Source: an uncultured Methanomicrobiaceae archaeon
GTDB taxonomy: Archaea; Halobacteriota; Methanomicrobia; Methanomicrobiales; Methanoculleaceae
Direction of reading: 5' to 3'
Length of the DNA: 64,000 nucleotides
NCBI GenBank assembly: GCA_963826525.1
Contig: CAWGXH010000004.1
Coordinates: 672,001-736,000, forward strand
Below the pieces are notes generated by a model. It was given only the letters and a program-made list of their open reading frames with translations. It had not been told where the DNA came from and did no database searches. How positions within the stretch are numbered: the first letter of the stretch is position 1; every line of letters begins with the position of its first letter. The position numbers and the translations under genes are program-made. Shown in pieces: positions 40,330 through 50,137 of this stretch.

Positions 40330-42447
40330 ATGAGCCCGGACCAGGAGAAGGCCTCCCGGATCAGGAACGCTCTCCGGTTCAGGCCGAAAGGGATGACGAT
40401 ATCGGAGATCTCCCGGAATACCGGGATGAATAGGAACTCCGTTGCAAAATACCTCGACGTCCTGCTCATCTCCGGGCAGGTGGCGATGGAGGAGATCGGC
40501 AACGCAAAGGTCTACACCCTCTCCCACCGGGTTCCGATCTCGGCGTTCATGGATATTACCCGTGACTGCATTCTTATCCTCGATACCGACCGTCGGATCG
40601 TGCAGGTGAACGAACAGTTCCTGCGCCTGGCCGGTGTCGGGAGGGATGAGATCGTCGACCGATCTCCGGCAGAGGTAAGGGCGCAGGTGCCGGTGATCTC
40701 GGCCATCTGCAGCTTTCTCGCGGAAGGGGCGGAACGCGAGGCGACGGTGGACGGCATCCCCGTCCCTGACGGTGACGAGCAGCGCTACTACCGGGCGAAG
40801 ATCATCCCGACGGTCTTTGAAGACGGGCAGCACGGCACAACCGTGATCCTCGAGGAGACGACCAGACAGACGAAGATACGTGTGGTGGAGGCGCTCCTCG
40901 CCTGCATCGTCGACTCCTCCGACGACGCCATCATCGGTGAGAACCTGGATGGGATCATCGCGAGCTGGAACGCCGCGGCACGCCGGCTCTACGGCTACGC
41001 GGCGGAGGAGGCGATCGGCAGGCCAATCTCGCTCCTCTTCCCCCAGGAGCGGTGCAAAGAACTCTCCTATCTTCGAAACCGCGTCCGCCGGGGAGAGCGG
41101 GTCGAGCACTTCGAGACGGTCAGGATCGCAAAGGACGGCACGTCGACCGATGTCTCGGTCACGCTCTCGCCTATCCTCAATCCAGGCAGCGAGATCATCG
41201 GGGTGTCGACGATCACCCGGGACATCTCCGTGCAGAAAGCGGCCGAGGCAGAGATCGACGGAGCGAACCGGCTCCTCTTCGGGATCATCGACTTCCTTCC
41301 CGACGCCACGCTCGTCGTCGATACGGGTGACCGCGTCATCGCCTGGAACCGGGAGATGGAGGCGTTGACCGGCCTTTCGAAGGCCGAAGTGCTCGAAAAA
41401 GACATCCGTGCCTACGCCGTCCCGTTCTACGGGGAGTCCCGGGGCATAATGAACGGGCGTGCCGAGACGCCGAATGCCCCAACTACCTCCATGAGGTTCA
41501 GGCGGAACGGCGATACCGTCTTCGGCACGGGGTATTTCCCCCACGCCTACAGGGGGAGAGGAGCGCACCTCTGGGGGAAGGCGTCGCCCATTCTCGATCG
41601 GAACGGAAACCGGATCGGCACCATCGAGTCGCTCCGCGACATCACCGACCAGCGCGCTGCAGAAGACGCCCTCCGGCAGAGCGAAAGAAGGTTCCGGCTG
41701 GCAGTCACCCGTGCCCCGTTCCCCCTCTCCGTCATCGACCGGGAGGGGCGGATCATCTATGCCAACCGGGCGTTCGTAAAGGTCTTCGGGTACGGCCAGG
41801 GAAACCTGCTCGGAGGCAGGGAGCAGCTCGAGCAGGCGCTCCCTGACCCCTCGGACCGCAACGGGGCACGCGCCGTCTGGAGCGAGTTTGTTCACGGGGC
41901 AAAGCAGGGTCTGGCCGGGTCGGAGACGCTCAGAGTCCGGTGCAGGAACGGCGAGGTGAAGACCGTCCTCTTCCGGGCAGGCCCGCTCTCCGACGGAACC
42001 TATCTGCTCACCTGCGAGGATATCTCCGAAGCACGCCGTGTCTTTTCCATCCTCCTCGCCGAAATGATGGAGATGAGGCAGACCGGAGAGGGACCGGGCG
42101 GCACGGCGATCGCCCTCACCGATCCTGCCGGGTACATCTCGTTCGCCAACCGGACACTCCTGGCGCTCTGGGGGTATCACACCGAGGAAGAGCTCCTGAA
42201 CCGGCATGCAGCAGAGTTATGGAAGGACCCGGGCGAGGCATCCGGCGTCTTTGCCCGGCTCCGGCAGGGGGCGAGCTGGTGCGGCATGCTGAACGGTCGA
42301 GGCCGGGACGGCACGGTATTCTCCGCGTTGGTCACCGCCGACCCGGTTTCTAGAGAATCCGGCAGGATAACGGGGCTGGTGCTGGCAGCGGTGCCCCTCC
42401 ACCGTCGCCGGCCGGGAAGTGCTCCAACACGGGGGAAAAAGGCGTGA
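40330..42447 (+). CDS. wHTH-(PAS)5 regulator
   Basis: RFRPKGMTISEIS...NRNSVAKYL...NAKVYTLSHRVP; SSDDAII, WN-AA--LYGY, RDIT PAS motifs; no kinase domain. Confidence 0.88.
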   Translation: MSPDQEKASRIRNALRFRPKGMTISEISRNTGMNRNSVAKYLDVLLISGQVAMEEIGNAKVYTLSHRVPISAFMDITRDCILILDTDRRIVQVNEQFLRLAGVGRDEIVDRSPAEVRAQVPVISAICSFLAEGAEREATVDGIPVPDGDEQRYYRAKIIPTVFEDGQHGTTVILEETTRQTKIRVVEALLACIVDSSDDAIIGENLDGIIASWNAAARRLYGYAAEEAIGRPISLLFPQERCKELSYLRNRVRRGERVEHFETVRIAKDGTSTDVSVTLSPILNPGSEIIGVSTITRDISVQKAAEAEIDGANRLLFGIIDFLPDATLVVDTGDRVIAWNREMEALTGLSKAEVLEKDIRAYAVPFYGESRGIMNGRAETPNAPTTSMRFRRNGDTVFGTGYFPHAYRGRGAHLWGKASPILDRNGNRIGTIESLRDITDQRAAEDALRQSERRFRLAVTRAPFPLSVIDREGRIIYANRAFVKVFGYGQGNLLGGREQLEQALPDPSDRNGARAVWSEFVHGAKQGLAGSETLRVRCRNGEVKTVLFRAGPLSDGTYLLTCEDISEARRVFSILLAEMMEMRQTGEGPGGTAIALTDPAGYISFANRTLLALWGYHTEEELLNRHAAELWKDPGEASGVFARLRQGASWCGMLNGRGRDGTVFSALVTADPVSRESGRITGLVLAAVPLHRRRPGSAPTRGKKA

Positions 42448-42553
42448 CGGGGCGGGACAGACACGGGGTATTCCTGCCAGCTCAATATAGTAGCAGGAAC
42501 AAACTACAGTATGCTATATACCCCACACCTGCCGCTGGCAGGGGAGAGAAACG

Positions 42554-44716
42554 ATGCCGCCCGACACCGATACCACCGCTAGTCCTGCCCCGAAAACACC
42601 GCCTGCTATGCCGCTGGATGCCCCCGCACTCTACATCAACCGCGAGCTCTCCTGGATAGCGTTTAACCGCCGTGTTCTCGAAGAGGCGGAAGATACCCGG
42701 CATCCCCTCCTTGAGCGGGTGAAGTTTCTCTCGATATTCTCAAGCAACCTCGACGAGTTCATGATGATCCGCGTCTCCGGGCTCCGGCGGCAGCGTGTCC
42801 GGGGTGTCCTCGAGGCGCCGCCGGACGTGATGACGCCGTCCGAACAGCTCGCGGCTATCGGGCAGGAGCTGACGCCGCTTGTCGAAGAGGCCGGCAGGTG
42901 CTGGCAGGAAGATCTTCTCCCGAAGTTGAACGAGGCCGGCATTCACATCCACCCCTACCGGAGCCTCCCGGGCGAGCAGCAGCAGGCGCTCAGAGTGTTC
43001 TTCGAACGGCAGGTCTTTCCCGTCCTCACCCCGATGGCCTTCGACGTCAGCCACCCGTTCCCTTTCGTCTCAAATCTCAGCCTGAACCTCGCGGTGATCA
43101 TCAACGATCTCCGGCAGGGCGTGGTCTTCTCGCGGGTCAAGGTGCCGCTCGACATCCTTCCCCGACTCGTCCGGATCCCGGAACCGGCAGGGGCGGAAGA
43201 GAAGACGCCGGAAGCGGCGCTGCACCATCACTTCGTCTTCCTCGAAGACCTCGTCGCCTCAAACCTCGATCTCCTCTTCCCCGGGATGGAGGTGGTCGCC
43301 TCCTACCCCTTCCGGGTGACCCGCGATGCCGACATCGAGATCGAGGAGGACGAGGCGGGCGATCTCCTCACCGCTATCGAGGAGGGAGTGGAGCACCGGC
43401 GTATCGGCGTTCCTATCCGGCTCGAGCTCGATCGATCCGTCCCCGCATGGGTGCGTGAGATCCTCACCACCCGGTTCACGCTCCCGCAAGGCCAGATCTA
43501 CGCGCCGGGCGGGCTCATCGGTATGGCCGACCTGATGGAACTGACCGCAATCGACCGGCCTGACCTGAAAGACCAGCCTTTCCTTCCGGCCTACCCGCCG
43601 AGCCTCGGCGAGACGGAGAGCATCTTCGCTGCTATACGGCGACACGATATCCTCCTCTACCACCCCTACGACAGCTTCACCCCGGTGATCACCTTCCTTC
43701 AGCAGGCCGCGGCAGACCCGGATGTCCTTGCGATCAAGATGACGCTCTACCGGGCGGGGTTAAACTCCCCCGTCGTCGAAGCGCTGACAGACGCCCGGAT
43801 CGCAGGAAAACAGGTGACGGTGCTCGTCGAACTGAAGGCGCGGTTCGACGAGGAGAACAACATCCTCTGGGCACGGGCACTCGAACAGGCGGGCGTGCAC
43901 GTCATCTACGGCCTCATCGGCCTGAAGGTGCATGCCAAGTTGGCCATGGTCGTGCGGCGGGAGGGGGACGACCTTGTCACCTACACCCACATGGGCACCG
44001 GCAACTACAACGCCGGCACCGCACGGGTCTACACCGACCTCGGACTCTTCACCTGCGATCCCGCTATCGGCGCCGACGCCGCCGATCTCTTCAACGCCCT
44101 GACCGGATACTCCCGGAAGACCGATTACCGCAGGCTCCTCGTCTCCCACGGCACGATGGGGACGATGCGGCGCGAGTTCATCGGGCTCATCGACCGGGAG
44201 ATCCGGCGGCAGGAGACCGACGGCGACGGATATATCGCCCTGAAGATGAATGCCCTCGTCGATAAAGACTGCATCCGGGCACTCTACCGGGCGTCCTCCG
44301 CCGGGGTGACGGTCGACCTGCAGGTGCGGGGGATCTGCTGCCTGCGGCCAGGTATCTCCGGCGATCTCCGAGAATATCTCCGTCACCTCCATCGTCGGGC
44401 GGTTCCTCGAGCACTCGCGGATCTACTACTTCCGCAACGGCGGCGACGAGACCGTTCTCTCCGGGAGCGCCGACTTGATGCCGCGGAATCTCGACCGCCG
44501 GGTGGAGATCCTCTTCCCCATCAGAGACCCCCGGATGAGAGAGGCCGTCGTCCGGGATATCCTAAGCCGTGCACCTCCGTGATACCGCCCGGGCGCGGCG
44601 GCTCGCACCCGACGGGAAGTACGAGCGTGTCCGACCAGAACCCGGTGAGGAGCCGCTCGACACCCAGCAGTGGATGCTCGCACACCGGGGCAATCTGGCA
44701 TACCGACGGAGAGTGA
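42554..44716 (+). CDS. ppk1: Polyphosphate kinase 1 (compensating frameshifts near 44365, 44567, 44690)
   Basis: [48 protein letters not shown]; VGRFLEHSR and RNLDRRVE are in a shifted frame. Confidence 0.95.
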   Translation: MPPDTDTTASPAPKTPPAMPLDAPALYINRELSWIAFNRRVLEEAEDTRHPLLERVKFLSIFSSNLDEFMMIRVSGLRRQRVRGVLEAPPDVMTPSEQLAAIGQELTPLVEEAGRCWQEDLLPKLNEAGIHIHPYRSLPGEQQQALRVFFERQVFPVLTPMAFDVSHPFPFVSNLSLNLAVIINDLRQGVVFSRVKVPLDILPRLVRIPEPAGAEEKTPEAALHHHFVFLEDLVASNLDLLFPGMEVVASYPFRVTRDADIEIEEDEAGDLLTAIEEGVEHRRIGVPIRLELDRSVPAWVREILTTRFTLPQGQIYAPGGLIGMADLMELTAIDRPDLKDQPFLPAYPPSLGETESIFAAIRRHDILLYHPYDSFTPVITFLQQAAADPDVLAIKMTLYRAGLNSPVVEALTDARIAGKQVTVLVELKARFDEENNILWARALEQAGVHVIYGLIGLKVHAKLAMVVRREGDDLVTYTHMGTGNYNAGTARVYTDLGLFTCDPAIGADAADLFNALTGYSRKTDYRRLLVSHGTMGTMRREFIGLIDREIRRQETDGDGYIALKMNALVDKDCIRALYRASSAGVTVDLQVRGICCLRPGISGDLREYLRHLHRRAVPRALADLLLPQRRRRDRSLRERRLDAAESRPPGGDPLPHQRPPDERGRRPGYPKPCTSVIPPGRGGSHPTGSTSVSDQNPVRSRSTPSSGCSHTGAIWHTDGE

Positions 44717-44893
44717 GGGGAACGACAGAGCAGAGAGGAAAGCAGGCGGAAGGGGCATCATAAATACTCGTTCCTCCTTAGTATGCACGACGACCGAGAC
44801 TCCCTTCGCTGCCCGCAACGTGCATCTGCCGGAACCGGGGCGGGGTGCAACAGGTACGGAAAAAGCCTCTTCCGGAAGTCTTCTTGCAGGAGA

Positions 44894-46478
44894 ATGGTGA
44901 TCGAATGGCAGACCTGCAGAGAGAGAGTAGTGGCATTCATGGATCTCGGCACGAACTCGATTCGAGCCCTCATCGTCCGGCTCAATCAGAACGGTTCGTA
45001 TACGATCCTCACCAAGCAGAAGGAACTTGTGCGGCTCGGTGACGGAGAGTTCGAGCACGGAGAACTCCTTCCCGAGGCGATAGAGAGGACGGTGATCGTC
45101 TGTGGGAAGTTTGCCGAGCTCGCCCGCAGTTTCGGTGCCGGGGAGATCGTCGCGTTCGCCACCTCGGCGACTCGCGAGGCGAAGAACCGGGGTGAACTTC
45201 TCCGACGCCTCGAAGACGAGGCAGGTCTCGAATTCAGCGTAATCTCGGGGCGTGAAGAGGCACGGCTGATCTATCTCGGCGTCTCGAGCGCCATCGACCT
45301 CGGTGATCGGTCGATGCTCTTCATCGACATCGGAGGTGGGAGCACCGAGGTGGGCGTCGGCGACCGGCACCGCTACCGGCTCCTCGAGAGCCTGCAGGTA
45401 GGGGCGCTCCGCCTCACCAACCTCTTCCTCGCTCCGGGTGAGTCGGGGATCGTGACGCCCGAGAACTACTCCGAGATCCAGAGGCACATCAAAAGCGAAG
45501 GCGTCCATGCCCTCAGCCGCCTGAAAACAGAGAGCGTCGACGTCGCATACGGATGTTCCGGGACGATCCAGACACTTGCCGATACCGCCCGGGCACTCTG
45601 CCATCCCGGAGTTTCGGAGGCGGAGTATGCCCTCGCGCATGCCGACCTCCGGCGGGTCGCGGCATACCTCTGCTCCCTGCCGCTCGAGGAGCGGCGGCGC
45701 ATCCCCGGTATGGTGGCGGAACGGGCCGATATCATCATCGGGGGCGCGGCAATCCTCGACGTCCTGATGGAAGAGACTCGACATTCCGGAGATCCGCATC
45801 AGCGATCGCACCCTCCGCGACGGGATGCTCGTCGACTACCTCTCCCGCACGGAGGGGTTCCCCCACGCCGAACCTCTATCGGTCAGGAGACGGAGCGTCA
45901 TCCAGCTCGGGCGGTCGTGCGGAGTCGACGAAAAACACGCGCTCACGGTCGCCCGCCTCGCTCTTGAGCTCTACGACAGCGCCGCCCGCGAAGGGCTCCA
46001 CGCCTGCGGGCCCTGGGAGCGCGAGATGCTCGAGCACGCCGCATACCTCCACGACATCGGCTCGTTCATATCCTTTCGAGGCCACCAGGTCCACTCTCAC
46101 TATATCATCACCAATGCCGACCTGCTCGGGTTCGACCAGGGCGAGACGGCCGTTCTTGCCCTGATCGCCCGCTACCACCGCAAAAAGGTGCCGGGGAAGA
46201 AAGAGGGGCAGCTCGAATCGCTTTCCGCCCAAACCCGCCGTACGGTCCGCATCCTCTCGACACTGCTCCGCTATGCCGAACACCTCGACAGAACGCATGC
46301 CGGGCATGTGCAGCATGCACGCTTCGTCCCCCATGGGGATGACGAGATCTGCCTGGCGATCGAGTGCCCGGACGACTGCTCGCTCGAGGTCTGGGCGGCC
46401 CGGTCGGATGCGGACGCCTTCGCAAAGGTCTTCGGGAAGCGGCTGACCATCGAGAGCGTACCCCCCGGTCAGAAATAA
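44894..46478 (+). CDS. ppx: Exopolyphosphatase Ppx/GppA with HD-like C-terminal domain (frameshift near 45780)
   Basis: DLGTNS, ATSATREA, ISGREEARL, DIGGGSTE, RADII, LHDIG, RYHRK. Confidence 0.93.
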
Positions 46479-46485
46479 CCTTTTT

Positions 46486-49065
46486 TTAACTCTCCTGCCG
46501 CTCTTCGTGCTGCACGCCGGGTGGCACCTCGCTTCGCCGTTTCCGGTGGGGGCTGCTCTGGAGCACCGTCTCGACCCCCCGGTCCCGCAGAATATAGAGG
46601 AAGACGGCAAGTCCGACGGTGTTTGTCGCGATCGCTGAAAAAAGGGCCGCTCCGGATGGAGCAGAGGGGGCAAGGATGAGGATCTGGCTGCACCCGACAA
46701 GGGCTCCAAGAGAGAACAGCCGGAGGTAGCCGAACTGCCCCATCCAGCGTCGCCCGAAGTAGCCGGCCAGAAGACCGGCGGCTACCGGGGCGACCGCACC
46801 GGGAAGCGCCGGCCAGCCACCGGGCGAAGAGAAGGCCCCCCCGATGAGCCCGGCGAGCAGCCCGGCAACCGGGCCGCCGACGAGGCCGGCAATCATGGGC
46901 CCAAGATCGCGGAAGGTGACGACGAGACCGCCGACCTCGATCCCCCGCATGCTCCCGTAGACCGAGAGACCCCCGGCGAAGATCACGAGCCAGAGGATAT
47001 CCGCCGTCGACTGTCTGCCGAGCGCAAGGCGGCGGAAGAATCCGGTCTGGGCAATCAGGAACGCGACGAACCCGATGACGGCGATCTGCTCGACGAGCGG
47101 GATCGCGAAGGCCAGGAGCGACGCATCAAGGGCGAGCGATACGGGGAGCACCGCGGCAAGAAGAACGAGGACGAAGAGCCCTCCCCTCTCGTCGGGGGCA
47201 AAACTGCCCTGCCGAAGGCGCCGATACGCCCGCGCAGCAAACCCGGCGGGATCGAGCGCCCGGACAGGGCCTGCGGCGTCCTGATTCCTGATCATGAAGA
47301 GGAAGAAGAAGAGCCCGAGGGTGTTCGTGACGACCATCGGGAGGAAGACGGCCCTGATCAGATCGAGGATATCGGCGAGGGGGGCCGGGTAGGCGAGGAG
47401 GGGGAAGATGACGAGGAGGTGCACTGCTTCGACGAGGATGCCGAGGAAGATGAACCGGAGATAGGTAAAAGCGCCCCAGCGGCGGGAGAAGTAGCCGGCA
47501 ATGAGGCCTGCCGCGACGGTGGCGATGAAGCAGGGAAACGCCGTCCAGCCACCGAGGGAGTAGCGGTAGGCGCCACCGATGAGGCCGGTGAGCAGCCCGG
47601 CGACGGGGCCGCCGAGAAGCCCTGCTATCATGGGCCCAAGGTCGCGGAAGTTAATGATGGCGTCGTCGAACGGAATGCCGCATGCCGTTCCGTAGATGGA
47701 GAAGAGAGAGAAGATCGTCACGACCGCCGCGGTGTCGAGCGGCGTTAAGTATCCGGCGATCGCCCGCTGGATCAGGTTCGTCCGTAAGAGGAAGTAGACC
47801 ACGAGCCCGAGGACGGCAAACCGTTCGATCAGCGGAAGACCAAAGGTCAGGAACATCTCTTCCTGCAGGAGCGCCACCGCGAGGAAGAGAGTGCTCCCGA
47901 GCACCATGACGCCGAGCCAGAGGCGCGACCCGCGGGCATAGGCCGGGAGCCGGGAGTCGAGGTAGATGACCATGAACCCAAGAACGGCGAACATGATCGA
48001 GGCGGCGGCGGCAACGTGGTGGATTACGTCCGCAGGGTGCCCGAAGAGTACGGCCGAGAGCATGATCGCAGCGAAGAGGAGCAGGATAATCCGGTAAAGG
48101 GTCTTCTCCGACCGATCGGTGCCGGTGGTCGACCGGAGGATGGACGCGATCGCCCGGGCGCGGCCGTCCATACCGCTCATGGTGGCGCCGAAGAGGGTGA
48201 AGAAACCAATAATCAGGAAGACCGCCGCGCCGCCGGGGAGGGCGTCGACGACATGGGCGACGTCGCCGAGCACCGTCTCGAGGCTCAGGTGATCCGTGCC
48301 GTACCCGTGCAGGGCGGCATACCCAAGCATGATGAAACCGAACGCGAAGATGCCCACAATGACGAAGACCATGACCAGGTTCTCCTTGACGCTCTGCATA
48401 TGCGCCCTGAAGTAGGCCTCCCCGTGCCGGTCGCCGATCTTCTCGTGCAGCCAGACCGAGTAAAGCAGGAGATTGAGGCCCGACCCGACCGCACCCATCA
48501 GCGCCATGAAGGTGATGAGCGATTCCGCCTCGACGACGGTGGAGAAACCGTGCAGCAGATCCCCGGTCCCCGGGAGCGGCACCGCAAAGAGGCTGTAGAG
48601 GACACCGACGATGAGCATGAGCCCCATCACGGTGAGGATATGTTCAAACCGCTCGTACGACTCTCGCCAGAGCAGAAAGACGAGCAGCCCGATACCGGCG
48701 ATCGCGATCAGCTCCTGCGAGGGGAGCGCCGGAACCAGGTGCGTCAGCATCGTCGCCGCAACGAGGGCGACCCCGCCGAACGCGATCGTCTCCATGAGGT
48801 AGATGAACATGATGAAGATGACTTCCCAGTTCTTCGGCCCGGGGATTGCCCGGAGACCGTCGAAGATGTTCCTGCCCTCCGAGATCGTATACCGGGCGAT
48901 CCCGCTCGTAAAGGCGTACTTGAAGATGAGTGTCAGGATAATGAACCCGAGGAGCCCGTAACCGTAGACGGCTCCTGCCGCAAGGAGCTCGGTGAGCCCG
49001 GTCTCGCCGCTCACTTCGACGGCCAGCACAAGGCCGGGTCCGAGGAAGAAGAGCCGTTCGTTCAC
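46486..49065 (-). CDS. Nramp-like (APC-fold) transporter fused to two LytS/YhcK 5TM receptor domains
   Basis: LGPGL...GAVYGYGLL...IARYT..EG Nramp-like start; two copies of S(I/V)YG...FRDLGPMIAGL-GGPVAGLL-GLIGGA; intact 859-aa ORF. Confidence 0.85.
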   Translation of the reverse strand: MNERLFFLGPGLVLAVEVSGETGLTELLAAGAVYGYGLLGFIILTLIFKYAFTSGIARYTISEGRNIFDGLRAIPGPKNWEVIFIMFIYLMETIAFGGVALVAATMLTHLVPALPSQELIAIAGIGLLVFLLWRESYERFEHILTVMGLMLIVGVLYSLFAVPLPGTGDLLHGFSTVVEAESLITFMALMGAVGSGLNLLLYSVWLHEKIGDRHGEAYFRAHMQSVKENLVMVFVIVGIFAFGFIMLGYAALHGYGTDHLSLETVLGDVAHVVDALPGGAAVFLIIGFFTLFGATMSGMDGRARAIASILRSTTGTDRSEKTLYRIILLLFAAIMLSAVLFGHPADVIHHVAAAASIMFAVLGFMVIYLDSRLPAYARGSRLWLGVMVLGSTLFLAVALLQEEMFLTFGLPLIERFAVLGLVVYFLLRTNLIQRAIAGYLTPLDTAAVVTIFSLFSIYGTACGIPFDDAIINFRDLGPMIAGLLGGPVAGLLTGLIGGAYRYSLGGWTAFPCFIATVAAGLIAGYFSRRWGAFTYLRFIFLGILVEAVHLLVIFPLLAYPAPLADILDLIRAVFLPMVVTNTLGLFFFLFMIRNQDAAGPVRALDPAGFAARAYRRLRQGSFAPDERGGLFVLVLLAAVLPVSLALDASLLAFAIPLVEQIAVIGFVAFLIAQTGFFRRLALGRQSTADILWLVIFAGGLSVYGSMRGIEVGGLVVTFRDLGPMIAGLVGGPVAGLLAGLIGGAFSSPGGWPALPGAVAPVAAGLLAGYFGRRWMGQFGYLRLFSLGALVGCSQILILAPSAPSGAALFSAIATNTVGLAVFLYILRDRGVETVLQSSPHRKRRSEVPPGVQHEERQES

Positions 49066-49174
49066 GAAGGGCGGCAGGAGATCGCGGATCGAGCGGAGAG
49101 ACAGCGGAAATCACCTATTCCTGATAGTATTAGCGAGTACCCGGAAAAAAGAGTGATCATTCTCATCCGGACGG

Positions 49175-50086
49175 CTACGGCAGAGCGAACCCGAGGTACT
49201 CCGCAATGAACCTGACCGAGGCATAGGCAAAGTAGAGGCCGAAGATCAGTTTCAGGACGCCGGGTGGGATGTACCTGATGGTGGCCGCACCGACCTGCGC
49301 TCCGATAACAGAGCCCAAGGCGAGAACGATGCCTGCCCCGAGCGCTACATACCCCTGCGCCAGTTTGATGCCGCCGCCGATGATCGCCATCGGGAGTATC
49401 GCCGCAAGGCTCGTTCCCATCGTCACATAGACCGGGGCGCCGAAGAGGTAGATGAGCCCCGGCACCAGGGCAAACCCGCCCCCGAGGCCGGTCACGCCGG
49501 TGAGTATCCCGACGCCGACCCCGAATAGGGCGAGCGACCACGTCGACCCGCCGATCTCCACCCCGGCAGGGGTATCGCTACCCCGGGAGAAGAGGCCCTC
49601 GCGGATCATATTGACCGCGGGGACAAGGAAGACGATCCCAAGAATCAACCCGAGGAGAGCCGTCTTGTCTGCGAGGAGGGTGAAGAGCCACGAGCCGAGC
49701 AGCACCCCGATGACGCCGCCGAAGGCGAGCCGGACTGCCGCCCGGCTATCCGCATTCTTCCTGACGATGTGGCCGTACCCCCCGGAGACCGAGGTGAAGA
49801 TGACGACGAAGAGCCCCGTCCCGATGGCGATCGTCTCCGGAAAGCCGAGGGAGAAGTACATGATCGGGAGCATGATCGTCGATCCGCCGATCCCGACGAG
49901 CCCCCCGAGCACCCCGGCGAGAATGCCGACACCGAAGAGGATGGCTATCCGGGTCGTGTCGAGCGGCGGGGTTCCCGGATTCTCCCCGGTCCCGGTCAGG
50001 AAGACGGCGAGCCCCAACAGGACAAGGAGCGCGAGGAGTCCCGCCACGGGAGCATACCGCCGCCATACGGATTCGATCGCCCTCAC
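49175..50086 (-). CDS. Sulfite exporter TauE/SafE family protein
   Basis: GLVGIGG...P, AIGTGL, TGLGGGFALVP, MGTSL, GAQVGA. Confidence 0.92.
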   Translation of the reverse strand: MRAIESVWRRYAPVAGLLALLVLLGLAVFLTGTGENPGTPPLDTTRIAILFGVGILAGVLGGLVGIGGSTIMLPIMYFSLGFPETIAIGTGLFVVIFTSVSGGYGHIVRKNADSRAAVRLAFGGVIGVLLGSWLFTLLADKTALLGLILGIVFLVPAVNMIREGLFSRGSDTPAGVEIGGSTWSLALFGVGVGILTGVTGLGGGFALVPGLIYLFGAPVYVTMGTSLAAILPMAIIGGGIKLAQGYVALGAGIVLALGSVIGAQVGAATIRYIPPGVLKLIFGLYFAYASVRFIAEYLGFALP

Positions 50087-50137
50087 CTCCGGGATTTCTG
50101 CGCGACGCAGGCGATGCTCCTGTGGCGGCGGCGGCCG

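Noticed and set aside
44340-44716. Novel C-terminal domain on Ppk1
   Set aside because: Compensating indels; the normal Ppk1 C-terminal motifs are present in the alternative frames.
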